A stretch of DNA of 64,000 nucleotides. Source: Candidatus Marinacidobacterales bacterium (GTDB lineage Bacteria > Acidobacteriota > Vicinamibacteria > Marinacidobacterales > DATDRI01). This document shows positions 10,554 through 20,888 of the stretch, piece by piece. The position numbers and the translations under genes are program-made. Position 1 is the first letter of the stretch, and the number at the start of each line of letters is the position of its first letter. The notes below the pieces were generated by a model. It searched no databases and was not told where the DNA came from. It saw nothing but the letters and a program-made list of their open reading frames with translations. Location of the stretch: contig CBDANW010000002.1 of assembly GCA_965197825.1 (NCBI GenBank), forward strand, positions 213,271-277,270, read 5' to 3'.

Positions 10554-12224
10554 GTGACGAACGCCGCCATCAACGTACCCGTTCCGAGGAACGAGCCGAT
10601 CTACGAGTACGCGCCGGGAAGCCCGGAGCGCGCCGAGCTCCAGGCCGCCATCAAGGACATGGCGTCCAAGGAGATCGAGATTCCCATCGTCGTGGGCGGT
10701 AAGGAAATCCGCACCGGCGATATGGGCGATTGCGTCTGCCCGCACGACCACGGACACGTCCTGGGCCGCTACCACAAGGCCACCGCGGACATCATCGACC
10801 AAGCGGCGAAAGCTGCCTCGGATGCCTGGCACGAGTGGTCGGTCATGGACCACCGGGCCCGGGCGAGCATTTTCCTCAAGATGGCCGAGCTCCTCGCCGG
10901 CAAGTACCGGCCCACCGTCAACGCCGCTACGATGCTCGTCCAGTCCAAGACCCCTCATCAGTCGGAGATCGATGCAGCGGCAGAGCTGGTGGATTTCTAC
11001 CGCTTCAACGTGCACTACATGGAGCAGATCTACTCGGGGCAGCCCGTCTCCAGCGACGGCGTCTGGAACTACGTCGAGTACCGGGCACTCGAAGGATTCG
11101 TCTTCGCAGTCACCCCGTTCAATTTCACCTCGATCGCCGGCAATCTGCCCACCGCGCCAGCCCTGATGGGAAACACCGTGCTGTGGAAGCCGGCCTCGAG
11201 TGCCGTCTTGTCGGCCCACTACCTGGTGCAGCTCTTCAAAGAAGCCGGCCTGCCGGACGGCGTCGTCAACTTCATCCCCGGCTCCGGTGGCAAAGTCGGT
11301 GGCCCGGTCATGGACCTCGCAGGCCTTTCCGGAATTCACTTCACTGGTTCCACCGAAGTCTTCCAGAACATGTGGCGGACGGTGGGCAACAACATTACGA
11401 ACTACAGGGTCTACCCCCGCATCGTGGGCGAGACCGGCGGGAAGAACTATATCTTCGTCCATCCCTCGGCACAGATCGACGCGGTGGTCGCCAATACGCT
11501 GCGCGCCGCGTTCGAGTACCAGGGGCAGAAATGCTCCGCTGCTTCGCGGACTTACATCCCGGAGAGCGCCTGGCCGGAGTTCAAAGAGCGCTGGGTCGAG
11601 CAGGTCAAGACGATCAAGATGGGCGACCCCACGGACTTCGAACACTTCATGGGGGCCGTAATCGACAAGGCCGCTTTCAGCGACATCACCGAGTACATCG
11701 ACTATGCGAAAGATTCGTCGGACGCAGAGCTCCTCACCGGTGGCAACTACGATTCGGAGAAAGGCTACTTCGTCGAGCCGACCACTGTCGTGACCAAGGA
11801 TCCGAGGTTCCGGCTGATGGAGGAGGAGATCTTCGGCCCGGTGTTGACCGTCTACGTCTACCCGGACGGGAAGTTCGAGGAGACTCTCGAGCTCTGCAAC
11901 GACACCTCGCCCTACGGTCTCACCGGGGCGATCTTCTCCCAGGATCGCGTGGCCATCGAAAAGGCCTATGCGGCGCTTCGCCAGACGGCAGGCAACTTCT
12001 ACATCAACGACAAGCCGACCGGTGCCGTCGTCGGCCAGCAGCCGTTCGGTGGAAGTCGCGCCTCTGGGACCAACGACAAGGCGGGCTCTGCCGGCAACCT
12101 CATGCGATGGACGAGCTTGCGGACCGTCAAAGAGACCTTCGTGCCGGCCACCGACTACCGCTACCCTTTCATGGAGAAGGAAGAGGGTGGCATAAGGGAA
12201 GTGCCGAAGCGGGCAGCTTCGTAA
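10554..12224 (+). CDS. 1-pyrroline-5-carboxylate dehydrogenase (L-glutamate gamma-semialdehyde dehydrogenase, aldehyde dehydrogenase family, RocA/PruA type)
   Basis: 556 aa. GTG start with AGGAGGA ribosome-binding site 8 nt upstream. ALDH motifs (FTGSTEVF, catalytic ...EYQGQKCSAAS, GETGGKN). The long antisense ORFs here are GC artefacts. Confidence 0.85.
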   Translation: MTNAAINVPVPRNEPIYEYAPGSPERAELQAAIKDMASKEIEIPIVVGGKEIRTGDMGDCVCPHDHGHVLGRYHKATADIIDQAAKAASDAWHEWSVMDHRARASIFLKMAELLAGKYRPTVNAATMLVQSKTPHQSEIDAAAELVDFYRFNVHYMEQIYSGQPVSSDGVWNYVEYRALEGFVFAVTPFNFTSIAGNLPTAPALMGNTVLWKPASSAVLSAHYLVQLFKEAGLPDGVVNFIPGSGGKVGGPVMDLAGLSGIHFTGSTEVFQNMWRTVGNNITNYRVYPRIVGETGGKNYIFVHPSAQIDAVVANTLRAAFEYQGQKCSAASRTYIPESAWPEFKERWVEQVKTIKMGDPTDFEHFMGAVIDKAAFSDITEYIDYAKDSSDAELLTGGNYDSEKGYFVEPTTVVTKDPRFRLMEEEIFGPVLTVYVYPDGKFEETLELCNDTSPYGLTGAIFSQDRVAIEKAYAALRQTAGNFYINDKPTGAVVGQQPFGGSRASGTNDKAGSAGNLMRWTSLRTVKETFVPATDYRYPFMEKEEGGIREVPKRAAS

Positions 12225-12635
12225 CCCGGCCATTTCTGTCCGAGCCGCTGATCCACCCAGGGCCAGCGGCTTTTTCTTTTGCAGGCGAAGGCGTCCTGTG
12301 CCAAAACTCGGCCCAGCCGGCATCGACGAAAGAACTACGCCTCTCGAAATCAGGCTCAAACTCTAGCACGCGAACGGGTTACACGGCAGGCGCCAACATT
12401 TGACTACGGAAGCACCCGAGTTCCATTCTTCGCCGCTGTACGCTACTAGATGGAGGATCGCGATATGCGTCTCCATCGCGCGCAATCGACCGAGAGAACG
12501 ACGGCATAGCCTGTGAGAGGTAAGACTAAGATGCGACACTTCCCCATTCCCGTATGGATCGCTGTGCTCGCCACGGGCTCGTGGCACAACCCCGCCACGG
12601 CCCAGACGTCGTGGCGGGGCTTGGTGGTTGCCCCC

Positions 12636-12775
12636 GAATCCCGTCCTGTGCCAAAACTCGGACAGCCACGGCATCCCCAAGCGCCGGCCTACGGCCCTTG
12701 GCCCGGTCGCAAACACAGACGCTAAGTTGCTGATTTATGGCCTATTTCAAAAGAGCCGAGTTTTGGCACAGGACG
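12636..12775. repeat. Mini-MITE (about 140 bp): the two TIR ends of the IS481-like family joined
   Basis: cgtcctgtgccaaaactcgg...ctatttcaaaagagccgagttttggcacaggacg. Confidence 0.7.
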
Positions 12776-13015
12776 GGGAAATGTCACGAGCAGCACGTGA
12801 GGGGTTCCATTCGAGCACACGAATGGTTTTCTGCCCCTCTCCGGTCAAAAGAGCTCCATCTCCGCCCCCGGGAGTTCACTTCGGCGATGGCGAGCACGTT
12901 ACCCTCGAAGAGCCTGGCCTCTGCCAAAGCATAACGATTACTGTGGAAAAAGGTTAGAACCGTAATATTCGATGTTGGGTGTCCCTCCGCCGAGCCTGGC
13001 GGAGGGACGATCTAG

Positions 13016-13495
13016 CTAGCCGTCCAACGAGGCCCGCAAGAACCAGTCGTGCTTCTCGAACTCGGTGATGATGGAGGTCAACAAATCGGCGGTATCGGTA
13101 TCGCCTGTGTCGTTGGCAATTTCGCGCGATTCGCGTAGACCGATCAAGTAGGCTTCGATCCGATCCGCCAGCAACTTCACGTGCTCCATATCGCGGGTCG
13201 TGTCTCGAGGGTATTCGGTCAGTGCCGACGCTCCGGCGACGTGCCGGGCGGTTCCGTACGCTTGGCCGCCGAGAGTGACCGCGCGCTCGGCAACGGCATC
13301 GTTGTGGTTGGCGAGGCTGACCGCGAACGTCTCGAACAGGGGATGGAGCGACGGGAACTGAGGTCCCCGGATGTTCCAGTGCGCGACTTTGATGTGGCTG
13401 TGCAGATCGAGTCCGTCCGCGAGCCGTGCGTTCAGGCTCTCGATGACACGGCGGCGTGCTTGTTCGGATAGCATGCTCGGGCTTGGGTACATCAT
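13016..13495 (-). CDS. dps: Dps (ferritin-like DNA-binding protein from starved cells)
   Basis: 160 aa from MMYPSPSM... with AAAGGAGA ribosome-binding site. LNA-LAD-LDL...HWNIRGPQF and ferritin-like helices. Confidence 0.85.
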   Translation of the reverse strand: MMYPSPSMLSEQARRRVIESLNARLADGLDLHSHIKVAHWNIRGPQFPSLHPLFETFAVSLANHNDAVAERAVTLGGQAYGTARHVAGASALTEYPRDTTRDMEHVKLLADRIEAYLIGLRESREIANDTGDTDTADLLTSIITEFEKHDWFLRASLDG

Positions 13496-13597
13496 CTCTT
13501 GGTGTCTCCTTTCGTCGTTTTCCTGACCCAAGGATGCCAGTAATCCGCTGATTCGTCCAAGATATCGTTCAGATTATTATGATAGTGTGTATCTATC
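13496..13597. promoter_or_regulatory. Divergent dps/oxyR intergenic region with ATAG-N7-CTAT palindrome (OxyR-type operator half-sites)
   Basis: atgATAGtgtgtatCTATcatgata at 13579-13599, in an AT-rich 100-bp spacer between divergently transcribed genes. Confidence 0.45.
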
Positions 13598-14511
13598 ATG
13601 ATACTGAGCCCTCATCCTGTCACGGTGCGCCAGCTCCAATACATCGTCGCGGTGGCGGAGCGAAGGAGTTTTCGTAGAGCTGCGACCGAGTGCCACGTTT
13701 CTCAGCCTTCGCTCTCGGCGCAGATCGCACAGGTGGAGGGCGCCCTCGGGGTCCGCGTCTTCGAGCGCGACCGACGCCACGTGCTCGTGACTCCCGCCGG
13801 CACCGATATCGTCGCGCGCGCACGCTCCTGAGATCGATGGAGGAGCTCGTTGACAGCGCTACGCGGCTGGCCGACCCGTTTTTGGGCACACTTCGGCTCG
13901 GCGTCATCCCCACCATCGGTCCGTACCTGTTGCCGGATCTGGTGCCTCGCCTCCGTGCCGCGTACCCGAAGCTCACTCTGCTGTGGATCGAAGACAAGAC
14001 CGAGACGTTGATGGCGCGACTGCGGGACGGCAAGATTGAAGGCGCGATTTTGGCGCTGGAAGCGGATATCGGTTCCGTGGAGCGCGTCGTGCTCGGCGAC
14101 GATCCGTTCGTGTTCGCGGCGCCACCGGACCACCCACTCGCTCGCGGTAATCGACGCATCCGTGGACACGACCTCGACGGCCACGCGCTCCTGCTTCTGG
14201 ACGACGGTCACTGCTTCCGCGATCAAGCGCTCTCGTTTTGCTCGAAGGCCGGTGCGGACGAGATGGCGGTGCGCGCCACCAGCCTGTCCACCCTTGCGCA
14301 AATGGCGGCGAGCGGCGCTGGCGGAACCCTTCTTCCATCCCTCGCGATTGATGTCGAGAACCGCCGAGGGACGCTCCGCATCCGTCGCTTCGCCGGAGAC
14401 CCTCCCAAGCGGACCATCGCACTGGTGTGGCGGCGCGGCTCCGCGCTTGAGCCGACACTCCATCCTATCGGCCAAACGATGGGTAAGGTCTACCGCAAGC
14501 TTTCGTATTGA
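13598..14511 (+). pseudogene. oxyR: oxyR (LysR-family peroxide sensor) carrying a -1/+2 frameshift in a (GC)4 run near 13815-13825
   Basis: N-terminal 77 aa in frame 2 (HTH ...ECHVSQPSLSAQIAQVE...). Remainder in frame 1 (LGVIPTIGPYLLP, LLLLDDGHCFRDQALSFCSKAGADE with both redox Cys equivalents, ATSLSTLAQMAASGAGGTLLPSLA). Strong by-eye identity to E. coli OxyR. Confidence 0.8.
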
Positions 14512-14673
14512 GATCCCAGCGTCGTGCCCATCTCACGATAGCCGCGCGCACGCGGCGGTGCGAGGACCCCCGGAAGGATGTCTTCTGTCTGAGGGGGGCG
14601 ACGCCTGAGGAGCGTCACCGCCGCCGTCTGTGGCAGGGCCGTCGTGAGCGGCACAAAGACCGTTGTCCACAGG

Positions 14674-15067
14674 TCATCGGGGGAATCGTAACAAATCCTC
14701 GTGTCTGAAGAGCGTGAAGGAAGGGTTCAAGAAGGGCCAGGACAGCTCGAAGTGGGAAGCGGAAGACGAGATGCGGCTGTCGTCGTAATGATTGTTGAAG
14801 GATTCGAGGGCATTGTTGCTCTTGCCCCAGTGCTCCCACAGAGCGGCAAACGAAATCGGCGACCCGTCCTCAAGTGCCACAAAGTAGGGCTACTTGTCCT
14901 ACCCGGTCCGTTGCCACTCGAACCACCCATCGGCCGGCACCAGGCATCGACGCGAACGGAAGGCGCCGCCGAATGACGGCTTTGTGCGTCGGGCGGCCAT
15001 TTCGTGAGCCGATTCGAGGGCTGTGCTCCGCAAAAACTCGATCCGTCGTTGATTCCGCGAAAGTGTG
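14674..15067 (-). pseudogene. SRAP/YedK-family (abasic-site processing, DUF159) gene remnant: N-terminus replaced by an IS, two in-frame TAG codons
   Basis: ...KPSFGGAFRSRRCLVPADGWFEWQRTG-TAG-DK-TAG-PYFVALEDGSPISFAALWEHWG... . Catalytic N-terminal Cys region lost to the IS256-like insertion at 15068. Confidence 0.6.
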
Positions 15068-16488
15068 CCAATCTTAGTTGGGAATTGAAACGGCTCCAAA
15101 CCCCGTGGTTTGATGGCGTTGGACAAAACAAAATCAAGCCGCGAAGAAAGGAAGCCGAGATGGGAAGTCTGCTACGTTCGGTCAATAAACGCAAGAAGTC
15201 GCGTCGTTTGGGTGAGGTCGAGATGGTGAGGCACGAGGATTACGGGGAACTCGCGCTGGACGCCAAGGTAGAGATGATCCGTTCGTTGGTCCCCCTTGGT
15301 CTAATGCACGTTCACGAGTTGCTCGACGACGAAGTGAAGGCGTTGGCGGGAGAGCGATACTCTCGCAAGGACGAGCTGGAACGCGGTCGCCGTCCCGGAA
15401 GCAACCCGGGCACGGTAGGGCTTGGCGGCCAGCGGGTACCGATCCGTGTGCCACGGGTTCGGAGCATCGAGGGAGGAGAGATTCCGCTTCGCTGCTACGA
15501 GGCGGTGAGCCACGGCGGTGAGGTGAATGATCTTCTGCTGAAACGAGTTCTCTACGGAATCTCTTGTCGCAACTACGAGGCGGCAGCGGAAGCGATTCCG
15601 GGCGCCATCGGGCTGTCGAGCTCAACGGTGTCCCGAGGGTTCGTGCAAGCGAGCGCTGCGAAGCTGCGGGAGATGCAGGAACGGGATCTGACCGGCGAGG
15701 ATGTGGTGGCGCTGTTTCTGGATGGGAAGACATTCGCCGAGGCAACGATGGTCGTGGCTCTGGGCATCACGCTTTGCGGGGAAAAACGCTTCTTGGGCTT
15801 CGTGGAGACGGACACGGAGAACGGGCAGGTGTTGACGCCGTTCCTGCGTTCACTGCTCGAGCGGGGACTCGATATCTCCCAGGGTCTGCTGGTGATCATC
15901 GACGGCGGCAAGGGTCTCCAAGCGGCAGTCAAGAAGGCATTCCGTAAGCGGGCCCTGATACAACGCTGCCAGTGGCACAAACGTGAAAACGTAGTGAGCT
16001 ACCTGTCCAAGGGCGAGCAGGCGTCATGGCGCAAGCGGCTCCAGTGGGCCTACAACAGGCCGGAGTACGAAGAGGCCCTCACTGCGCTCGAGCAACTCCA
16101 CGGTGAGTTAGAAGAGCGGAACCAATCCGCAGCTGGCAGCCTGGAGGAAGGCCTCGAGGAGACGCTGACGTTGCATCGACTCGGCGTATACGGGGTGCTG
16201 GGCCGTTCGTTCAAGACGACGAACTGCCTTGAGTCCGTCAATGCTCTCGTCGAGGAACGCTGCGCGAAGGTCGACCACTGGAAGAACTCGAGCCAACGCC
16301 AGCGCTGGTTGGCAACGGCGCTCGTAGACATCGAACCGCGCTTGAGGAAGGTGGTGGGCTACCGCCATCTTCCCAAGCTTCGCGAAGCTCTCAAGCGGGA
16401 ACTGAAGATCGAGGCGAAGACATCAACCGTATCGAAGAAGAAGGTCGCTTAAACGTGAGCCGTGGAGAGTTTCAACTAAGAATGGGCT
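15068..16488 (+). mobile_element. IS256-family insertion sequence, type 2 (distinct from the five-copy element)
   Basis: IRs CCAATCTTAGTTGGGAA and CCATTCTTAGTTGAAA. A short end fragment at about 53640-53740. Confidence 0.75.
15160..16452 (+). CDS. IS256-family transposase (type 2)
   Basis: MGSLLRS... 430 aa, mutator-type DDE region (...LVIIDGGKGLQAAVKKAF...RCQWHKREN...). Confidence 0.8.
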   Translation: MGSLLRSVNKRKKSRRLGEVEMVRHEDYGELALDAKVEMIRSLVPLGLMHVHELLDDEVKALAGERYSRKDELERGRRPGSNPGTVGLGGQRVPIRVPRVRSIEGGEIPLRCYEAVSHGGEVNDLLLKRVLYGISCRNYEAAAEAIPGAIGLSSSTVSRGFVQASAAKLREMQERDLTGEDVVALFLDGKTFAEATMVVALGITLCGEKRFLGFVETDTENGQVLTPFLRSLLERGLDISQGLLVIIDGGKGLQAAVKKAFRKRALIQRCQWHKRENVVSYLSKGEQASWRKRLQWAYNRPEYEEALTALEQLHGELEERNQSAAGSLEEGLEETLTLHRLGVYGVLGRSFKTTNCLESVNALVEERCAKVDHWKNSSQRQRWLATALVDIEPRLRKVVGYRHLPKLREALKRELKIEAKTSTVSKKKVA

Positions 16489-16626
16489 TGACTCGATTCC
16501 GCAGTTCAGAGCTGCAAGGATTGGCCGTTTCGCGGCGAACGGATGGGGTGATCCGACGTCATTGTAAACGTCGAAAGGTTCGCTCTTGCGATCTATTTCA
16601 AAAGGGCCGAGTTTTGGCACAGGACG

Positions 16627-17016
16627 GGGTACTTCGGCGTGGGCGGCGCTTCTGGCTTTCTACCCGTTCGGGGTTACGAGACATCCACACTGTCGGGACG
16701 CCATGCCTGGTCGGCGTCGGTCGAGTTCCGTGCGCCGCTCGCGCTCGTCAACCGCGGGCTCGGGGCGTGGCCCTTCCACGTAGATCGTCTGTTTGGCTCC
16801 GTTTTGATCGACGCTGGTAACGCGTGGGGTTTCAGTACGCCGTCCTCTGATGTGGAGCACCCGAGACTCCATCCCCTGATGTCAGCCGGGTTCGAGCTCA
16901 GCACGGACTTGCTTACCTTCTACCAAGTCCCGCACCGGCTGCGCATCGGGGTCGCGTTTCCGCTGGCCGAAGGGGAAGGAGTCCGCTACTACGTCCGCCT
17001 CGGGGTCCCGTTCTAA
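16627..17016 (+). pseudogene. C-terminal about 120 aa of an Omp85/BamA-family or related outer-membrane beta-barrel protein, 5'-truncated by a solo TIR at 16590-16626
   Basis: Ends ...YYVRLGVPF with alternating beta-strand pattern. ORF begins inside the TIR readthrough. Confidence 0.45.
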
Positions 17017-17040
17017 CCAGTGAGACTAGGAGGTAGGCCA

Positions 17041-17316
17041 TCAGGTCATCCTGCCGTAGTTGCCCAAAGACGGGCGGCTGACAGAGTAGGGCAGCAATGG
17101 CGCCCCCTGCTCTTGCCAGGCGAGCCACAACTCCACCTTCTCGCGAAGCTCCCGTCCCGGTTTCCGCGCACACCAGACCAACGAGCCCGGGTATAGCCGT
17201 GGCGACTTGCCCCGTTCCTTCGTCCAATGGCCGATGCGCTCGGTGTTGGTCGTGAGGTCAAAATACTCATGCGACTTCCCGATCAATGCATGCTCCAGAA
17301 ACCGTGTCCCTTCCAT
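17041..17316 (-). CDS. Hypothetical protein (91 aa)
   Basis: ORF only. No recognisable motif. Confidence 0.25.
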   Translation of the reverse strand: MEGTRFLEHALIGKSHEYFDLTTNTERIGHWTKERGKSPRLYPGSLVWCARKPGRELREKVELWLAWQEQGAPLLPYSVSRPSLGNYGRMT

Positions 17317-17566
17317 AAACTAAGAAGCGCCCCACGGCTGACGAACCAAGCCTAGACACCTCTAATCCGAAACGTCCCGGCGCGCGGGTCTTGAGTTCGT
17401 TTGTATTTTTGGACACGACGTAGTCAACGAAGTTCTCTCACGATTTACGCTGAACGCCTTGCGCGCGTTTTTTTCCACTACACCGGCAGGATCCTCAGCC
17501 GGTTGTCAGGAAATCAGGCTCAAACTTAACCTCACGGGCAGGCTCGGGTGTGCCGCCGACGAACCG

Positions 17567-20290
17567 TCAGAACGAGACGGTGGCGGTCATCGAGATCGTC
17601 CGCGGCGCGCCGAGCCAGGCAGCGTTCTCGGTGATGGCGGAGAGATAGGCCTTGTCGAGCAGGTTGTTCGCCACGATCGAGAACTCCGTCGACCGAAGTA
17701 GATCGCTCAATGCCTCGCCTGAGAAACTGACGTAGGCATCCACCAGCCAATAGGCGTCCGCGTACCAGTCCGCCGCCGTCAGGCTGACGCGCCGCGGCGA
17801 TGTGTACTTGGCGCTCAGCCCCATGCCGAGGGGGCCGGTCCGGTCGAGTGAGACGACCCACAGCCGATCCGGCACGCCAGTGACGTCAGTCCCCGCAACG
17901 ATGCCCTGGTTGGCGTCGACGAGCGGGTCGCCGCTTCCGATGTACTCCGAGTCGTTGAACGTGTAAGCGGTATAGAACGACATCCGCTGCGGCATCTGCA
18001 CCGTCGCGGAAAGCTCGACACCGCTCGTGTCGATGCCGCCGGCGTTGAAGTAGGCGCCGCCTCCGGGGATGAGGTAGTTGGGACCAGCGAGCGTTTGCGG
18101 ACCGAGGTAGAAGACCCGGTTCTCGAAATCGATAGTGTACCAGGTGGCACTCAATGCCACCCGCTCCCCCGCATACTGCAGCCCGACATCGATGTTCGAG
18201 GCGGTTTCCGGTTCGAGCAGGTCGAGACTCCGGCCCGGCATCTCAAGCAGCGTGCTGCTGATCGCCTTGAAGTTCTGGGCATAGCCTGCAAAAAAGTCGA
18301 GCCCTTCGACCGGCGTATCGTATGTGACGCCACCGGAGAAGAGCAGGTCGGAATCGGAATCGAAGGTCAGGTCCGGGTCGACATTGAACAGGTCCTCGCG
18401 CGACACGCCGACCAGGAACTGCTTGACGCCGCCGCTCAGAGCAAACGGCCCGGCGTAGAGCGTCTCCTCCACGTACCACTTGAAGACGTGCTGCGGGAAG
18501 TCCCACTCGTACTGGTGCCAATAGGCCTGCTCATCCCACTTGAAGCTGAGCGTCGGGTCCAGCATCTGGTGCCAGTCCCGGCCAAGGTCCCGCCGCGAGT
18601 CCTCGTACCAGATGCCGGCGCGCAGCGTGCTGCCGACGTCGCCGATGGTGGTGAACCACTCCTCGTCGAGCGTCACGCCGACGCGGTCTTTCCCGTAGTG
18701 GCTGTGGCGGTACGACTGCACCGCGGTGGCGCCCGGGTGGCACGCCGGGTCGACCTCCGGGCCGCCCGAGCCATAGTAGTTGAAGATGTAGGACGACATG
18801 CACCTGGGCTTCGGTCCGACGGCGACGCCCTCCTGGTTCACGAAGCGGATCAGCCCGCGCTGCGCGCCGCCTTGTACCGGTGTCCGGCCCATCAGCTCCG
18901 ATTCCGGTCCGCCGCCGTCGTCGGTGACGTCGACGATGTAGGGAGGCAGCCAGTCGCCGCGGCCCCGGTTGCGATGAAAATAGGCGCCCGCGCTCAGCGA
19001 GCTGACGTCGCTGAACGACCAGTCCGCTTTCAGGTAGGCGAACGTGTTGTTCCGCCGTGTCTGCCAGCCTGGCCGGTAGAACTGGTTCAGGTACGGGACG
19101 CCGGGCCAGTCGCCGACCAGGCGGTCCCACCGCGGGTTGGCCAGGAAGTCGGCCTCGCTGTAGATCCGCTGGTAGGTATCCTCGTGGATGCTGTCGTACG
19201 AGATGTAGCTGGTGAGATCGAGGCGCCCGTGCGACGAGACCAGCTTGGCGGCAACGTGCTCCCGCTCGTTCCGCGCCGAACCCTGCACCCAGTCGGTCGC
19301 CTCCTGGCGGACTGCGGCGATCCAGGCGCGGGTCTCACTGCCGAACAGCGGCCCGGTGTCGACCCGCATGGAGAACCGCTTGCCGTCGTTCTCGCCGATG
19401 GTGGTCGACGCGGTGTAGGTCCGCTCGGCCGCCGGATCGTCCGTGATGAAGTTGAAGGTGCCGCCCAGCGCCTCGACCGACCGGGAGGCGATGTCGGCCG
19501 TCCCCTGCGACACCTCGACGCCCCCGAGGTTCATCGGGTCGATGAACCGGTTCGCTTTGGAGCCGCTCCAGTAGTCGGACGTACCGTTCGGGAATCCGTC
19601 GATGGTGGTGCCGATCTGCGCGTCGTTGATGGTCACCTGGAAGCCACGCACGGCGACGTTGCTCGACCAGTCGTCGAAGCCGTACGCGTCCCCCTCCTGG
19701 ACGGATACACCGGGGAGGTTGTCCACCACCGACGTCACGCTGGTGATGTTCGATTGCTGCAGCATCATCGGTTCGGCGACGACGTTGCGCGCGAAGATCT
19801 GGGGCTCCTCGGCGACGACGCTGACCGTTTCGAGCAGCCGCGTGACCTGCAGGCTGACGTCCACCGTCGGCGCGGACGCGGCGGCCAGCTCGACGGTATG
19901 CGCCAACTCCTCGAAGCCTGGCAGTGTGAACGTGATGGTGTACGCGCCTGGCGGCAGCGCCTCGAACACGTAACTCCCGTCCCCATCGGTTACAACCACG
20001 CGCGTGCCGACGGCCAGCGCGGGTCCCGCGGCTGCGACGGTCACGCCGGGCAGCACACCGCCGGTTTCGTCGGTGACCGTCCCGGAGATCGTCGCGTCCT
20101 GGGCGTTGGCGACGCCGGGCGCGTACACGACGGCCGCGAAAACCAGCACCAGCAAGAGGAAAGCCTGTCTGTGATTGCGAGGTGTCAATAATTTGTCGCT
20201 CCATTTACCGCTTCGCATCGCTAGAAAAGCTGAGCCTCGCAATGGCGTCCATCGAAACATTAGTTTCAGTTTCATGGTTTTACCCTTCAT
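17567..20290 (-). CDS. TonB-dependent receptor with N-terminal carboxypeptidase-regulatory-like domain; likely start at MRSGKW (20215) or MKLKLMF (20275)
   Basis: Signal peptide ...QAFLLLVLVFAAVVYAPGVANAQD, then ATISGTVTDETGGVLPGVTV, plug and barrel. C-terminal ...TISMTATVSF. Confidence 0.85.
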   Translation of the reverse strand: MKGKTMKLKLMFRWTPLRGSAFLAMRSGKWSDKLLTPRNHRQAFLLLVLVFAAVVYAPGVANAQDATISGTVTDETGGVLPGVTVAAAGPALAVGTRVVVTDGDGSYVFEALPPGAYTITFTLPGFEELAHTVELAAASAPTVDVSLQVTRLLETVSVVAEEPQIFARNVVAEPMMLQQSNITSVTSVVDNLPGVSVQEGDAYGFDDWSSNVAVRGFQVTINDAQIGTTIDGFPNGTSDYWSGSKANRFIDPMNLGGVEVSQGTADIASRSVEALGGTFNFITDDPAAERTYTASTTIGENDGKRFSMRVDTGPLFGSETRAWIAAVRQEATDWVQGSARNEREHVAAKLVSSHGRLDLTSYISYDSIHEDTYQRIYSEADFLANPRWDRLVGDWPGVPYLNQFYRPGWQTRRNNTFAYLKADWSFSDVSSLSAGAYFHRNRGRGDWLPPYIVDVTDDGGGPESELMGRTPVQGGAQRGLIRFVNQEGVAVGPKPRCMSSYIFNYYGSGGPEVDPACHPGATAVQSYRHSHYGKDRVGVTLDEEWFTTIGDVGSTLRAGIWYEDSRRDLGRDWHQMLDPTLSFKWDEQAYWHQYEWDFPQHVFKWYVEETLYAGPFALSGGVKQFLVGVSREDLFNVDPDLTFDSDSDLLFSGGVTYDTPVEGLDFFAGYAQNFKAISSTLLEMPGRSLDLLEPETASNIDVGLQYAGERVALSATWYTIDFENRVFYLGPQTLAGPNYLIPGGGAYFNAGGIDTSGVELSATVQMPQRMSFYTAYTFNDSEYIGSGDPLVDANQGIVAGTDVTGVPDRLWVVSLDRTGPLGMGLSAKYTSPRRVSLTAADWYADAYWLVDAYVSFSGEALSDLLRSTEFSIVANNLLDKAYLSAITENAAWLGAPRTISMTATVSF

Positions 20291-20571
20291 TGTGACAATT
20301 TCCGATCGTTGCTAGCGCTGGTACTCCCTCGCGGAGGGGAGTTTGCTCGTCAACTGACGATTGCCTGTCGGTTGACCGCCTCTCTCCTCCAAACCTCTCA
20401 CTTCTACACCATTTCGTGTGATATTAGCGTGATTTTTAAAGCTGCGTCAGTGATATTTTTATGAATTCTTCCGTGAATCGCTACAATCGGTGCTATCTGG
20501 GCTCCGCACGTCTCGAATCCGGCTCTTGCATTGGGACTTATACCGTTAGATTGACAGCGATTCCCAGAACC

Positions 20572-20888
20572 CGTCCTGTGCCAAAACTCGGCCCTTTTGA
20601 AAGACCATGGCTGTAATTTAATGCACTGTAAAGTCTTAGTGTCATTTTGCCAACACTTAATGGCGGAAGCACCCATGAGGTCTGTGTGAGCGGCAGGGCT
20701 GCCCGATCGAACAACGGCTGCCTGACCAACGGTAGGAATTGCACATGGTACGTCATGATGGATCCGAAGATAACACCCTCGGGCCAGACGATTGTAAAGG
20801 CCACGGCCCTTGGCACCATCGCAAAACACAGACGCTAAGCTGCTGATTTATCGGCTATTTCAAGAGGGCCGAGTTTTGGCACAGGACG
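20572..20888. mobile_element. MITE copy (IS481-like derivative)
   Basis: See 8710-9026. Confidence 0.8.

Noticed and set aside
10389-12403. Very long ORFs antisense to, or in alternative frames of, the P5C dehydrogenase gene (656-aa minus strand, 557-aa plus strand)
   Set aside because: Composition is Arg/Gly/Pro-rich without motifs. These are typical stop-poor alternative frames in high-GC DNA. The ALDH frame has clear family motifs and a ribosome-binding site.
18095-20204. 698-aa plus-strand ORF and 289-aa minus-strand ORF overlapping the 17567-20290 TonB-dependent receptor
   Set aside because: GC-driven antisense or off-frame ORFs. Only the receptor frame has signal peptide, plug and barrel features.
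20480-20530. tRNA-like 3' end (ctcgaatccgg)
   Set aside because: No acceptor stem, D-arm or anticodon arm can be folded around it. No CCA-compatible acceptor pairing.
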